Shown piece after piece: positions 50,251 to 63,899 of a DNA stretch of 64,000 bases. The notes below the pieces were generated by a model that was not told where the DNA came from, did not search any database, and saw nothing but the letters and a program-made list of their open reading frames with translations. Source of the DNA: Chlorokybus atmophyticus (Eukaryota > Plantae > Mesostigma and Chlorokybus algae); the NCBI GenBank assembly GCA_009103225.1, contig RHPI01000732.1, positions 264,463 to 328,462 of the forward strand, written 5' to 3'. Position numbers and translations under genes: made by a program. Within the stretch, counting starts at the first letter, position 1. The number at the start of each line of letters is the position of its first letter.

Positions 50251-53143
50251 CGGTAGTTTCACGCACAAGTTGGTGGTGAAGGCGTGGGGGAGCGTCACAC
50301 AGAGCACGGGGAGTGGGCAGTCATCTGCCCATGCTGGTTCGCTGGGTGTCACACACACACACTGACTGCCGATGGCTTGTACCACACTGCGCACTGCTGA
50401 CGGTGACAGCTCTGGCCACGGCGGCGGCGTTGGTCGTGATGGCGCTGTGGAAGGCGGCGGAGGTGCGCCTGTGGCTGCCTGGGGCGCACGTGTCCAACAC
50501 CTGCTCCCCTTCTGGCGCGCCCTGGCGCACCCAGCCAGCACTAGCGCACGAGCACTGATAGCGTGCCAGCACTGCACGGCACTGCTGACTTTTTGCTACC
50601 TGCCTATCCGCTTGCCCCCCTTGCCTTTGTGCACAGGTACTATCCTTGCAGTAACGCAGTGCAGTACTGCAAGGCGTAGCTAAGGAGCATCGTGTGTGGC
50701 ATGGTAGGGTTAAGGGCTTCGGTGGGATCAGGTACGTACTAAAGCACATGCATGTGTTGTTGGAGACGTTGGTGGGGTATTTTTGGTGTTGTACTTGCTG
50801 TACTTGTGTTGGCTTGATTAGCACTCGCTCATTTGTGCAGTGGCTACTGCTTGTGGTGTGACACGTGTGCGACTCTTGCTGCAGGCATTGCTGACATTCC
50901 CTATACATGTTCTCTGTCTACACATGACGCCGTTTGCTCTCTTGTGTACACACACTTGGAGCCGAAGCCACAGCGGCCGGTGGGTGGCGTACCGTGACAG
51001 CTGTCTGCCTGACAGCTGACAGACTCAGATGATGGGTGCAGCACCGCAGCGACTGCACTACCGCCGGTGGCAGCAGCAGCTGTTGGTGGTGGCAAGGGTT
51101 TGGGAGCGGCGGCGGGGGGAGTCTGCTCGTCATTGGTCGTGTTGGGCCTCGACAAGGCCGACGCTACTGGCGGTGTGGCAGGTACTACGGCAATGCCTGC
51201 TGCTGTGGGGGTTGCATGTTAGGGTAGTGAAGTTAAAAGTAGCGCGTACAGTGCAGCCTGGCGGTGTTGAATGTAAGGTTGCGGTAAGCATGCATGCTGT
51301 TGGAACCGACATGAGTGCATGCATGTGTGCGTCATGACAGCATGCTGGAACTGAGTGCGTATGCAATTATATGCTAGCATGTGCAGCTGCCTACCCAGTA
51401 TACATACCGTGTGTATATGGTATGAGTGTAGGTGCGCATGCACGCACAAGCGCCGTCACGGCGCTTCTGCACAGCGGTTGTGCAGGTGATTGACTTGGAC
51501 ATTTGCATGCTTGTGTGACCAACGGGGAAGGCGAGTAGTGTAGTCATAGTGTGGATAGCATAGCCAGGTGGTCAATGATATAACATATCGTGTGTTATGT
51601 GTGTTGGGTGAATGCCACCGTGTGTATGACACCCCTTGCATGCAGCATATGAGGCGTAAAATCTTTTGTACACACGCATGACTCATATGGTTGGGCAGTA
51701 ATTGCATCGTGTGAGTAGGGGTGTAGGGTGCAGCAGAAGAGAGGTGAGATGGAGCTAGTGCATAGCCAGGTGGGTTGAAATGGCACGTGTTTAGGTGAGT
51801 GCGAGTGTGCAAGTGCGCATGACCAAGGTGTGCATTGCAGATCACTGGCATGCGTTGCATATTTGTTGTACACAGCGGCGTGGATGCGTGCTTACAGCGG
51901 GCAACTCTCCAAGCGAGTGCAGGAAGCTAGACCAATACTTACATGCAAACACAACGCACACTGCACAAGCAGCAAAACTCAAATCGAAAAGGGCCGCAAT
52001 TGGGACACCAACTCGCATGACACTGCGCGCGGGTGCGGGAAGACTACCACAACAATCCTTCAACATCTATACCGTCTATACCAAGTGCACCTCTCTTGCA
52101 TGCAATGCCAATCGCCACCTGACGGCGTCAGGCTGACGCTCAACATGGCTGATGCGGCAGCTCGGTATGGTGACCCTGATGATCTTGCTATGCACGGACT
52201 TGTAGTGCTAATACCCATTTACATCACGGCCCTTTGATCTCACACACGCACGCACGCACGCGCGCTAAACATGAAAGTGCGTGCGCTTGTGCACACGCGT
52301 GCAGGTAATCAGCAAACACGCATGCATCCTGTGCTGCCTAGGTACTTGTTGGGCGCTATTGTCTCTCCCTCTCTCTGCTGCCTACCTTGGTACTGGTAGC
52401 CGCACTTGCACATAGAAACCCAGCCCCATAGTTGTAATAGATTGGTATGCGCTTTGTGCTTGTCCATTCATTCGTATACCCCATGCATGTATGTCTGATG
52501 GGGGTTTGAGGCAGCAGGTACAACAGCTAGGTGTGGCTCGTGGAGGTAGACTCCGGTGGTAAGTAATCATTGCATGATGGGGAGCTTTGTGGATAATGCA
52601 TGCGTCCTGCATGTTGCATGTATCATGATCACTTGCATTTGCTGTATACACGAATGCTTGCGAGCCTAAGTGTTGTCTGTCAGCATGTTTGTGTTGTGCC
52701 GCAGGGTGGATGGTCGGATTGGTTGCTAAACAGTGACCCGACCATCATGCAAGGCTGCTCAACGCGAAACCCACCCTCGCCCACCCACACGCAGCAACCA
52801 TGCATGCTTGCAGCATTAGTTGGTCCCCGTACGTGTCAGGGAATGCTAATGCCAGTTCATGTGTACATGGTTCACAATCTGCCATAGAGCCATAACTGCT
52901 TGCTGCACGGCACTACGCAACAAACTTTCTCTGTGCACGCACGCCTGAACGTCACTCTTACCTCCGCTTGCACGCAGTGGTTGGCGTTGTTGTCGTCGTC
53001 GTTGTCGTCGGTGCGTGCGCCTTTTGCATTGCTGAGACAGGAGGCGGCGACGACGCCGTGCTGGTGGACAAGCAACCTGCGCACATGGCCAAGCATGGCA
53101 TCAAGTCAAGGCGCTGCTGAGCGGTAAGAGCAGTAGCAGTTTG

Positions 53144-55248
53144 ATGCGCATGGAGGAGGACGACGACCACCACCAGGACGACCAGGACGACGAAGAGGAG
53201 GAGGCAATCAGGCGATTCCTGCAGCCTGACGAGACCCTGCGTGATCTCATCGCCCGCAGCGTCGCCGGCGGCGAGGGCCAGTCCGCCCCCCTCACGGGCG
53301 TCCCGCTGCTCGACCGCCGCCTCCGCCTCCGCCCCGGCCGCAGCGTCCTGGAGGTCGCCGGCCCTGCCGCGTCCGCTAAGACGGAGTTGCTGCTGCAGGT
53401 GAACTAGTATACTATTGTTTTCACTCTGCCTACCTGGTGTGCCACGGCATGTCGTGGCATGGCTTGCTTGCGTGCTTGCTTGTTGGTTGGTGTATTTGCT
53501 TGACCACTTCTGTGACCTACATGTCCGTTGTTGTTGTTCAGCCCGTGAACACCAACACTCTAAAGCTTGCAACCCGAAGGAACAACGTGTTGCGAGTTAT
53601 CTATTGCCTCTCAACAGGCATTCTGTTTGTAGCATGCATGCGGGCTGTTTGTGTCAGTCTGTCTATGTGTTGAGCTATGCAGTGTACACGGTCTCGAGTC
53701 CTTCCAGCAACATCGTGCACAGCTTGTGTCTAGCCGCAACATCTGCGCGTAGGTCATGATGTGTGTCATCTGCCAGTAAGTGAGTGCAAGTGTGTGCGCG
53801 TGCGCATGCGTCTACATGTGTGTGTGTGCGCGCGCGCTCGCACACACACACACACACAAGCGCGCATGCGCAATTGTGGATGCGCTCAGGCGTGTGCTTG
53901 TGCTTGTGCTTGTGCATGCATGCATGCGCGCATAGACCTGCGTATTTGTATGGGTGTGTGTGCTTGCACAAGTGTGTGCGGGTCTATAGCGTGCACAAAT
54001 GTGCGTGTCTGTGCTTGCACAAGTGCTCGCGTGTGTTCTTGCTACATGTGATCTGTGCAAACTCACATTTGTTGCCATCCATGCAGACGGCAGTGACCTG
54101 CATTCTGCCGAAAGAGCACGGGGGCGGCGGAGCGGTAGCGTTGTGGTTCGACCTCGATGGCCGCTTCAGCACAATGCGCCTCCTCACTATCCTCGAACAC
54201 CGCCTCGCACACGCAAACGGTGAGACCACATCGCGCGTACCAATATGCAGCATGCAGGATGGTTTGACACACCAGCAAGGGTGAAATAGTGCACACCCGA
54301 GCGCACACACATACGCACATATACACGCGCATATGCACAAGGGCACACTCACGCTCACGCTCACGCGCACTATTGTGTGTAAGTGTGTGTGCGCGCACGC
54401 GTGCACGCGCACACTATAGCGTACGGATAGACACACATGCAGACACACACACGCACGCACGCACGCACGCACGCACCCGCGCCGTACACGCATACGCATT
54501 TGCACACGCACCCAAGTCCGCATGCGCAAGGACGCGCACGAACGCACATGCAGAGAACGCCTGTCTCATGTCTCCTGCAGGTGTTGTTCCATCGGACAAC
54601 GAGGCCACCTTCCTCTCCTCCCACCTCTCCCACTCCAAGCGCGGCGCCATTCCCTCCTCCCTCCCCCTCCACCCCTCCCCCTTACTCTCCCATTGCCTCC
54701 GCCGCTTCCGCCTCGTCCGCTGCCACAACAGCCTGCAGTTCCTGTGCGCACTCAAGACGATGCGACCCTTCTTGGCCAACACGAGCGATGATAGTGAGAG
54801 CGAGAGTGAGAGTGTGGGGGTGCGGATAGTCGTTGTGGATAGTGTTGGGGCCTTTCATCATGTGGACAGAGCGGCCAACGATAGTAGAGAGGGGGTGGCG
54901 CTTACCATGTCGCAGATACATGGCGTTGTGGTGAGGGAATTGCGTTGGGTTCTGGCTCGACACAAGCCGTTGATACTTGCGTCCAAGGGCGTATCGACCC
55001 ACGCGAGTGATAGTAAAGACGTGAGAGATGTTATGACGCCGGAGTGGCAGCGGTTTGTCACGCACCGCGTGAGCCTTAGGCGAAGCATACGTACAAGTTG
55101 TAGTGGGGAGTATAGTGGGGATGTGGGTCATGATGCGCCTCATAAGGAGCCAGTGTTTACTCTGTGTTGGGAAGAAGGGCCACATAGCCTCACTGAAGAG
55201 TTTGTAGTCAGGACTTCAGGAATCAAATGGTTACGTAGCGGAACTTGA
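53144..55248 (+). CDS. XRCC2: RAD51 paralog XRCC2
   Basis: FLQPDETLRDLIAR..VLEVAGPAASAKTELLLQ (variant Walker A); AVTCILPKEHGG..ALWFDLDGRFSTMRLLTILEHRL; CLRRFRLVRCHNSLQFLCAL; Walker B IVVVDSVGAF; WQRFVTHRVSL; TGA at 55248. Confidence 0.88.
53780..54560. repeat. Alternating purine-pyrimidine (TG/CA/GC) low-complexity fill in XRCC2 introns; similar tracts at 225-385, 1526-1680, 11600-11760, 33200-33520, 55960-56150, 61845-61980, 62530-62720
   Basis: Direct reading, e.g. tgtgtgtgcgcgcgcgctcgcacacacaca. Confidence 0.9.
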
Positions 55249-55580
55249 TGCTGAGCTCACACAACATTATGCATGTGTATCTGTGTGTCCGCAATTGCTA
55301 TTATGAGCGATATGTATATGTATACCACTCAATAGATGTATACCACTCAATAGATGCACTTTGATATAGTTGCATTGTGGTGCACATATTGCCTTGCTAC
55401 AAGCACGAACCACGACAAACCAACCAACAGAAGTGCACCAACACATGTACATGTAGATGGCATGTAAGCTGCCATCGTCATACGTATATGTATGTATACT
55501 AGTACTAGTACTAGTCATTATAGTCATAAATACCCCCAACAACTCAACTTGCCACTCCTCCGACACAACACCCCAACATG

Positions 55581-57772
55581 CTACCCTTGTGCCGCCTCCA
55601 CCTCAACCCCGCTATCCCCGGCCCACCTCCTCAACCTCCCATTGATCATCACTCCCGGTATCACCTCCCCAACACTACCCTCGTGCCTCCCGCCCCTCCC
55701 CGTGCTCGCGTGCCTGCCGGCATACGCGCCAGACGGGGCCGGGAAATGAGTGGGTTCTCTACTACTGTTGGAGTATTGTGTCGGGAAGAGGGAGGAGAGG
55801 AAGTGGCTCAGACGCTGTGATTGGTGGTGGATGGCAGTCTCGAGACGCCATTGGAGATGTTCGGATGGGGTGACGTGTTCAAGGGAAGTGTGGTAGAGGT
55901 GGGGATGGATGCCAGAGTAGTCCATGAAGGCCTGCGGGAAGAGTAGTGGCTTGTTCAGCACACACGTATGATGTACGGCATATACATGATGCAGGAAAGT
56001 ACTACTACAATTCGCACGTGCAGGCGTACGGCCGCTTGCATTGTATGCAGCCCAACACGTGCGTGCGTGTGAACATGCGTGTATGTGTGCACGCACGCAT
56101 ATGCACGTGCATGTGCGCATGTGTACACGTGCGCACAGTGTACACACGCGCATAAAACCACCCACAACAACAAAATGGCACCAAACATCGCTCGTGCATT
56201 TGCTACAAGATGTTACAGAACCACACACCAACATACCGAGCGCGGGTCGCTTTGCTCCATCCCCATCCCCGGTTCATCTTCCAGTCCCACTCGTCTCACC
56301 GCCGTCCTCTGACTCAGAATCCTCTCCTCGACCGCGTCCATCTCATCTTTCAAGTGGCCCTGCAGCCCGACGCAAGTGGCGTGCTGAGGCAGGGCGCGCG
56401 CGATGGCGTACAAGCAGTTGTAAGCCACGTAGAGGTTGATGGAGTAGTAGACAAGGACGCCGATGCGGTCGACCTGAGAGGGGGAAAGGAGGGTTGGGGT
56501 GGGTGGGGTGAGGTGGGTGGTAGTATGTGTGTTTGCAACGCACACACACGCAGGCGTGTATGTGTACACACATCTTTAGGTGTGAGTGCGTGTGCATGCA
56601 CTTGTGCATGTGTGTATGTACCAGAGCCAGTATGCGCATGTGCATGCACGTGAGTGTGTATCAATGTACCTGATGTGTGTGTTGTTGGATGTCTGCGACA
56701 GATATCGCGCCCGGCAGCCCCGCCAGTGCAGATATCCGCTGCACCCTCTGCAGCAGAGTGCCCCTCGACTGCACTGGCCTCGCCGGCTTGGACGCTCTGC
56801 TGTGCTGAAGAGTTTGCGACTTCGCGCTCAACGCCTGCAAGAGAGATTATTACATCAAGACTATTGCAACACACGCACCCGTGCTACCACTTGTCTATTT
56901 ATGACACGCACCTTCTTGGTCTTGGTTTTCTTTGGTTGTGTAATGAACGCCATCGCGATTGATAACGGTGATAGCGGCTTCGATATCGACCTTGTCTGCA
57001 TCTGCTGGCGCTGTCTCCTAGTTGATATCTAAGGCAGCATCATACACATACGGTAAGTACAGAAGAGACAGTCTATGATACAATGTCTCCAACAATAATA
57101 ACAAGTGCGTGCTGTCAGTGGTGGACTCACCGTTGATGATGCAGGCGCCCTGTCTACCGCCTTCAACGCATCCAACATATTTGGCTGAAAAACACAAAGC
57201 AGCATCAGTAGTGCAAGTGCAACAAAGCAACCCAAGGTGCATACCAGACCCAACGTTTGTGTTAATACGTACACAACTCAAATACAAGCAAGCAACAAGA
57301 CTGCTTCAGTCATGCATGCAACACTGCATACGACAACGCAGCTACACCATCACACGAACATCAATTAGGTCAGCTCCTGACTCACCTTCATTAGCAAAGG
57401 CATGATCAACATCTGCAACGAGAGGCCTCCCACCAGCGCCCCTCCCAACCCAAAAGCGGCGAACAGCATCTTGCTGAAACTGAGGCCACAACGCTACAAG
57501 ACCAACATCTACCACACAGACTATGACCTGTTGCCAAATCACTAACAACAACTAACAACACCGCTGCCGCCGCCGCCGCCGCCTCCACACAACGCAACAA
57601 TACACACAGTCTCACTTTTGGCGCAGTCTTGAAAAAGGTCCGTTGCGAATGTTTTCGAAAATACAAAACTTCCGAACGCGCGAATCGCAACCCGGATCGA
57701 GAAATGTTCACGCAACCAGCTCTCGCGAACCCATTCAGCAATGCTGCTTAGGCTTGCTGATATCGGCGCCAT
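55581..57772 (-). CDS. Hypothetical spliced protein of unknown function
   Basis: ATG 57772. Phase-compatible exons: MAPISASLSSIAEWVRESWLREHF..DCAK; NVGLVALWPQFQQDAVRRFW..FANE; AKYVGCVEGGRQGACIIN; GDSASRCK..TKTKK; ALSAKSQ..QHTHQ; VDRIGVLVYYSINLYVAYNCLYAIAR..DAVEERILS (strong C-ending codon bias); AFMDYSGIHPHLYHTSLEHV.. to TAG at 55581. Confidence 0.6.
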
Positions 57773-57930
57773 CAGATTAGCGAACAACAAGAATATTAAG
57801 CGCTGCTAGCCAATCAGCATGCAAGGTTACGATAGGGGGAAGGGATGGATATCAGTGCTGCTGGTGGAGATATCAGGGCTAGGGAGGGTTGCTGGTGGTG
57901 TAGGCGTTGTGGACGGCGGCGGCGGCGGCA

Positions 57931-60293
57931 ATGGCGGGCGCTGAAATTGCGGCTGGGCAGGCTGTCGTTGGGGTGGGTGCGTCGTCGACATGGCGGAAGG
58001 GTCAGCAGCTTCGGCCGGCGGGCGGCAAGTCCGCGGGAGGAGCAACTGCTACTCCGCATGTGAGGAGGCCTGCTGTGGCTAAGCTGGAGGCTGCTTCCAC
58101 CTCCGCCGCTGCTGCCGCCGTCACGGCGTTTGTAGCTGCTGGCCCGGCGCTCGCTGACGTGGGCGCTGCCACTGGCGGTGGCCTCCCTCTCCCCCTGCTG
58201 CTCGTCGCCGGTGGCGCCGCCGCTGCGGGCGTCATTGTCGCCGCTGACCCGCAGAAAAGGTGAGCATGCTTTTCGAATGCTGTGCCAATTGCGCATGCGT
58301 GGAGGTTTTACAATGAATGCTTCACTGCTTGTCAAGTTGTCGGTTAGTTGACTGTTGCCTTTCTGTGTCCGTAGACGCCAAGCGCAGGCGGCTGCAACTG
58401 GAGGCGACGAGATGGCAGTGGTGAGTGCATTGCAGATATGCGGATCCAACCAGCATGTTTGGCCTTTGTCAAAGACCAATGCTAAGCATGCATGCCTTTC
58501 AGTCCGTCATGCTGGTTGGATCAGTGTGTTCGCCCTGTAGCTGCTGGTGCTCATCATTTGCACGACAATGCATTGCAGCTTCTGCATGCAGCTCGTCTTC
58601 ACAGCTGAAACATTATACCAAGACTAAAGGATTAAAGACACACTATTACACCATGTTTGCTGTGGTTTGTTATGGGGGCGGATGTGCTTGTACATGCATA
58701 CAGTCAGCAGTCATGCATTATTTGGCGTGTGCAGGTCAGGAATTACTTCGACACCACTGGCTTTGAGCGATGGCGGAAGATATATGGCGAGACAGATGAC
58801 GTGAACAAAGTACAACTTGACATCCGCGTTGGCCATGCACAGACTGTTGAAAAGGTGACATCACACATGTGCCCACACACTCATCAACCATGCATATGCA
58901 TGCAAACATCTGACAATCTCTCAGCCACACTTGTTATATATGTGTCACTCTTTGTGTGTTGATCACGAGTCAATTTGCAGGTTCTCAAGTGGCTGAGGGA
59001 GGAGGATGCGATTGTTGGCAAGACAATTTGCGATGCCGGCTGTGGGACTGGCAGCCTGTCCATCCCGCTCGCGTTGGAGGGAGCCAAAGTGTTTGGCAGC
59101 GACATCTCAAGCTCTATGGTACATTTGTGCGACAACTTGTGTTGTGTTAGAATGCAAAAGCAAGGGTCTGTAGTCTGTTGCTCAGTAGACAATGTGACAG
59201 TTGTGTATGTCAGGCTAGCTATGGTCCATGTACAACAAGGTTGGAATATTGATGCTGTGCCTGACAGTGAGGCCCTGCTGTCTGTGGCTCACTGCACACG
59301 CACATGCGCATGCCCACGCGCGCATGGGCATGCGCGTGTGCATGCGCACGCCCACAATGTGATGGTTGTATGCCTCAGGCTGGGGAGGCTGCAAGGAGGG
59401 CAGACGCGGCCATTGCGCAAGCCAGCGACTCCAAGGCAGTGAAGCCTTCATTTGAAGCGAAGGACCTCGAGAGCATCACCGGAAAGTATGATGTCGTGTC
59501 TTGCTTGGACGTCCTTATCCACTACCCGCAGGTGGGTTTGTAGCAGAGAATGCATTTTCAACATGGCACACGTGTGTCAGTTTGATGGGGGAATGATGAG
59601 AAGAACCGCAGGAGTGCTCAATGACTGCGACGTATTTAAGTCCCTGACCCCCCATTTCTCTTTGTGTTGCATCCAACTTGAGTGGCTGCTTATTGTTGCT
59701 TAAGTCCTCCCTAACTGCGTTATATGTGCACAAATGTGTCACAGGACAAGGCAGCTGGCATGATCTCGCACCTCGCTTCCCTTGCTGAAGAAAGGCTCAT
59801 CATCAGCTTCGCCCCCAAGACTTTTTACTACACCATACTAAAGGTGTGTAGCTTATCGGCAATTTGCTTCTATCTTGGTCGCGCTGTTGCTCTACTCACC
59901 ACCATGTTGGTTTGTCTGTCAGCGCATCGGTGAGTTGTTCCCCGGACCTTCGAAGGCCACCCGCGCGTACTTGCACGCAGAGGCAGATGTGGAGGCTGCG
60001 TTGAAGGTGCGGTCATGCTTTGTCATCTCACACATTCGCATATACACTACACAGGATCAAGCACTAGCACGTGCGAGTTCTGTCAATCAGCTTCCAGCTT
60101 GTGTTGTGGATTGTCATTAACATGAACAACACATGCAATTGACAGGCATGTTCATTTCTACTTGACATCTGTTTTGACTAAACTTGGTCTTGTATGGATG
60201 AAGGCTGCTGGTTGGGAGGTCACCCGCCGAGAGATGACGGCCACCAGCTTCTACTTCTCGCGGCTGTTGGAGGCTCGTCCCGCCAGGAGATGA
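57931..60293 (+). CDS. CHLM: Magnesium-protoporphyrin IX O-methyltransferase, plastid
   Basis: ATG 57931; VRNYFDTTGFERWRKIYGETDDVNKVQLDIRVGH; SAM motif ICDAGCGTGSL; DLESITGKYDVVSCLDVLIHYP; ISFAPKTFYY; RIGELFPGPSKATRAYLH; FYFSRLLEA; TGA 60291-60293. Confidence 0.96.
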
Positions 60294-60969
60294 GTCCTCG
60301 CGTGTCACGTGCGGCAGACAATTTTGTTGTTGGTTTAGGTATGCTCGCCTGTAGCTTCAGAACAATGTGGAGAGTATATTTGAGATACATAGTTGTGACA
60401 CTGCGTCGAGTTGAGGGATGGCTTGCCATGCGTGTGTTGAACGATTGGTGTAAACAAAGAAAAGCCAGTGCCATTGCTGATTACGCGCTGAAGATTGCTG
60501 TCGTATGGCGTCCATGCGGCTGAATGCAACCAGAGTATGCAAGCCCATAGTACCATGCATAACGAGTATTGCGTTGCGGCTATAAAGGCATACGCGCTTG
60601 TCAGATAAGCAGAAGTACAAGTTGTGACTCGTACTGCGGAATGAGTAACGGTAGCTCACAAAAGGACAGATGCACGAATGGTCAGATGCAAGTGCGCATA
60701 TAATTACTAGAGAAGCGCTCAGGGGCAGGTAACATGGCTGCCTTCGCTCCCAGCAGCAACAAATCTGAACACCTTGATTGTGATATGGCAAACACTGTGC
60801 AGCTCACACACTACACGCACACCCAGCCTGTGGACGGCATCTCAATGTCAACGACTCTTTGCTTTGCCACACAGCCACGTGATGAAGAGAGCACATATAC
60901 GTGTAAAAATGCAGGTGAAGGTTGAACACAGTGACAGACACTGTGGGCTTCCCCTAGCTGCAGCGCACT

Positions 60970-63203
60970 ATGCTGGCGGCAGGGGCGGCGGCGGCGGCGG
61001 CGGTAGTGCGGCGTCGTGGTCTGCGGCTGCTGCGAGGCCCGGCCTGGTTTGATCGCGTGGTCGTCGTCGCCGGCGTGTCCGCCTGGCCACTACAGCCGCC
61101 TTCTTCCTCTTCCTCCTCTTCCTGCTTGCTTTCGCCTGGCCTGGCCTGCAGCACGCAAGGTACGCCTCTAAGACTTTGCGTAGTACACAGCACTTGCACA
61201 TGTACATCTACTTACACATGCACATGCCTACATGCATACAGACAGACGCATGCACGTACTTGCATACCATGCAGTAGTTGAACACAGAGGGTGCATTGCT
61301 GGTTTGCTGGTTCCATTATTGCTATGGCACACACTGGTGCCTGTGCAGGGCCAATGCCAGCATTGTGTTGGTGGGTTTTAACTATTCCGTTGCAACAAGT
61401 GTACTACGGCTCATTCATCACTCTCATTTAAGCAATGGTTACTCAGCCACGTACATTTTGCCTATTGCTCTACTCCAAATGCATGCATGCACGACCCAGT
61501 TGCTTCACGACATTGACACCATTTGTGTACTATCGTCAAGCTTTGCATCAAGCCGTCTACTTGCTAATGCATTGCACATCATGCTTGTCAGGTGTGTCAT
61601 ACACCCGAATCGAACAGAGGCGTTACTTCAGTGGCGACATCCACAATACCAGCACATTCATCACACACAAGTTTCACGTCAATCCTCCTTCGGCATTGCA
61701 GCTGATATCGCCGCACTATCCCGTCGACATCGTCGTCAAGACCGGCGATCTCGAGTCCATCGAAGTGGAGTGTCCCTCGGATGTGTTCCAAATTGAACGC
61801 ACCGACATTGACACTGTGAAGGTAAGGAGAAGTGTGGGGCATGTACATGTGTGTGTGCGCATGAGCGTGTGTGTGTGTATGTGCACGTGCGCGAGAGTGT
61901 GCGTGTGCATGCGTGCGCATGTGTATGCGTGTGGGCGCATGTGGGCTTGCGCCTATATGTATATGTGTTTGCAACATACACAACCCCATCTGTCAGGTGC
62001 AAAATGTCAAACACTCCGCACCACCGCCAACCTCAAGGCCATCTCTGCGCGTATCCATCCCAGAGCGATTCTGCAGCGTCGATATACGCAACGCCGGCGG
62101 GAACATCTCCATCGAGAAGGTTGTTGAGGGAACAGTCAACATCATAAACAAGTGCTTGGATGATGTCGGTGAAAGAGGCATCATTGAGCTCGGGCAGATA
62201 AGAGGGGCAAAGCTCTCGATAGACACGGATGCGGGCGACATCACGACGGGTCACATTGCAGCAGAAACCAGAATAATCTGCCATCGTGGCGATATCAAAG
62301 TTCAGAAGCTGATATCGAACTCGCTCTCTCTAAATGCGAGTGGCCGCATTGATATCAATGTTTTGTACGCGGACGAGTGCTTCATCAAAAGCACAGGCGA
62401 CATCCGCGTTGGCACCGCCAAGCTTGGCTCTGACTCCAACATGGCGGAGTTGACAACACATGTTGGCGATATCAGCATAGACGGCCTCGATGGTTACGCA
62501 AAAGTAAGTAAAGTGACATAACTGTGTTTTACAATGCATATGACACACGTGCACACGCACATTCACGCACACCTGCATGCGCGCGCGCGCGCATACACAC
62601 ACACGCACGCACATGCACTTTTGCACACGCACACGCTCATGTGCCCACACGCATATAGATGCAAGCACACATACGCACATGCACGCAAGCGGCTTGCACG
62701 CATGAGTGCCACTTGCTCACGACACATTTTCCACGCAGGTTGACGTCGTTGACACAGGCGCCATTCGTATCCAACTGATGGAGGGCGCGCGTCGCGTCGA
62801 CGTACACTCCAACTCCCACTTCAGCGTTATCAATCTCTCCGTCCCACACATACCCGTGGTAATCGAAGCCGCGTTCCCTACCGTTGGCGCTTTAAGCATA
62901 GAAGAAAGCACTCTTCATGAGATTGTTGCGCAACAAGTCCCGCACGAACATCACCTCTTTGTTATAGAAGCCCGCATTCGACCCACTGATGCTGAAGCCA
63001 AAGCCGAAGCGCATGTGTTGAAGCTGAATGTGCTTGCGGAAGGGAGTCATGCGACGGTGACTGTAAATAGACGGAGCTGGAAGGAAGCTATGGAAAGCAG
63101 GATGCAAAGAGGTGGTGGTGGTGTGAAGGCATTGTCATCAGATCAAGCGAAGCCGACAAAAAGATATGTCTCGTGGAACTCGTTGTGGAGAGAGATGAGG
63201 TGA
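60970..63203 (+). CDS. FAM185A-like / DUF4097-4098 (adhesin-type beta-solenoid) protein with mitochondrial-type presequence
   Basis: ATG 60970 MLAAGAAAAAAVVRRRGLRLLR; LRVSIPERFCSVDIRNAGGNISI; repeated beta motifs LSIDTDAGDITTG, TGDIRVG, LTTHVGDISIDGLDG; VNRRSWKEAM; TGA at 63203. Confidence 0.7.
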
Positions 63204-63870
63204 CAGAAATGGATATACGCGTGTACATGCTTGCATTAGTTGCTTCGCTGTGCCCTTCACTGTACGTATACTCGCTCGCAAACGCGCACGTGGGCGGTGC
63301 ATTTAGCCAGTGGAGTACTGTACTGATGAGGCAATGCCCCGCAAGTGCGATGTGCACCCCGCCCTGCAAGTGCTACTAGTAGCAGTAGTGTTATTGAGCA
63401 GTCAACCAACACCCCCTACCTCTCGCTGCCTCTCGGTGGCACGCAAACCCGCATTTTGTTGCAGTCACTTGAAAGCTCCTCCTGCCACTGCATGTCCCCT
63501 CTCCTGCCCCGCCGATAGATTGACGGTTCTGTACGTGTGTGCACGTACCCAAGGCACTCACCAGTGCAGAAGCTGTCACCAAACACCAGCGGGTTGTTTT
63601 TGCAGAGTGTGTGCCCAATAGTGACTCAACGCAGGCCATTGTCAAGGGGGAGCAGATTCGCATGTGGCACTATAGCTGCCTTTGTGATAAGTTGCGTGCC
63701 CAACCGCTGCTGCACACTGCTGCACACGCACATCATGATATGATTGTGAACACGCACTGCATGTCACGCGGATACATGCGTGTATCCGCACAGGTTGTAC
63801 TGTTGGCTCGTTATCTGCAAGCAGCCACTTTTTGGTAACTCTAGAGCGGATGTGTGGAACGTCCAGTGGT

Positions 63871-63899
63871 GGGGTGGGTGGGTGGGTGGGTGGATGGGG
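63871..63899 (+). repeat. (GGGT)n G-quadruplex-type tract
   Basis: ggggtgggtgggtgggtgggtggatgggg. Confidence 0.8.

Noticed and set aside
55314-55352. Short tandem duplication (gtataccactcaatagat x2) in the XRCC2 3' region
   Set aside because: Ordinary slippage duplication.
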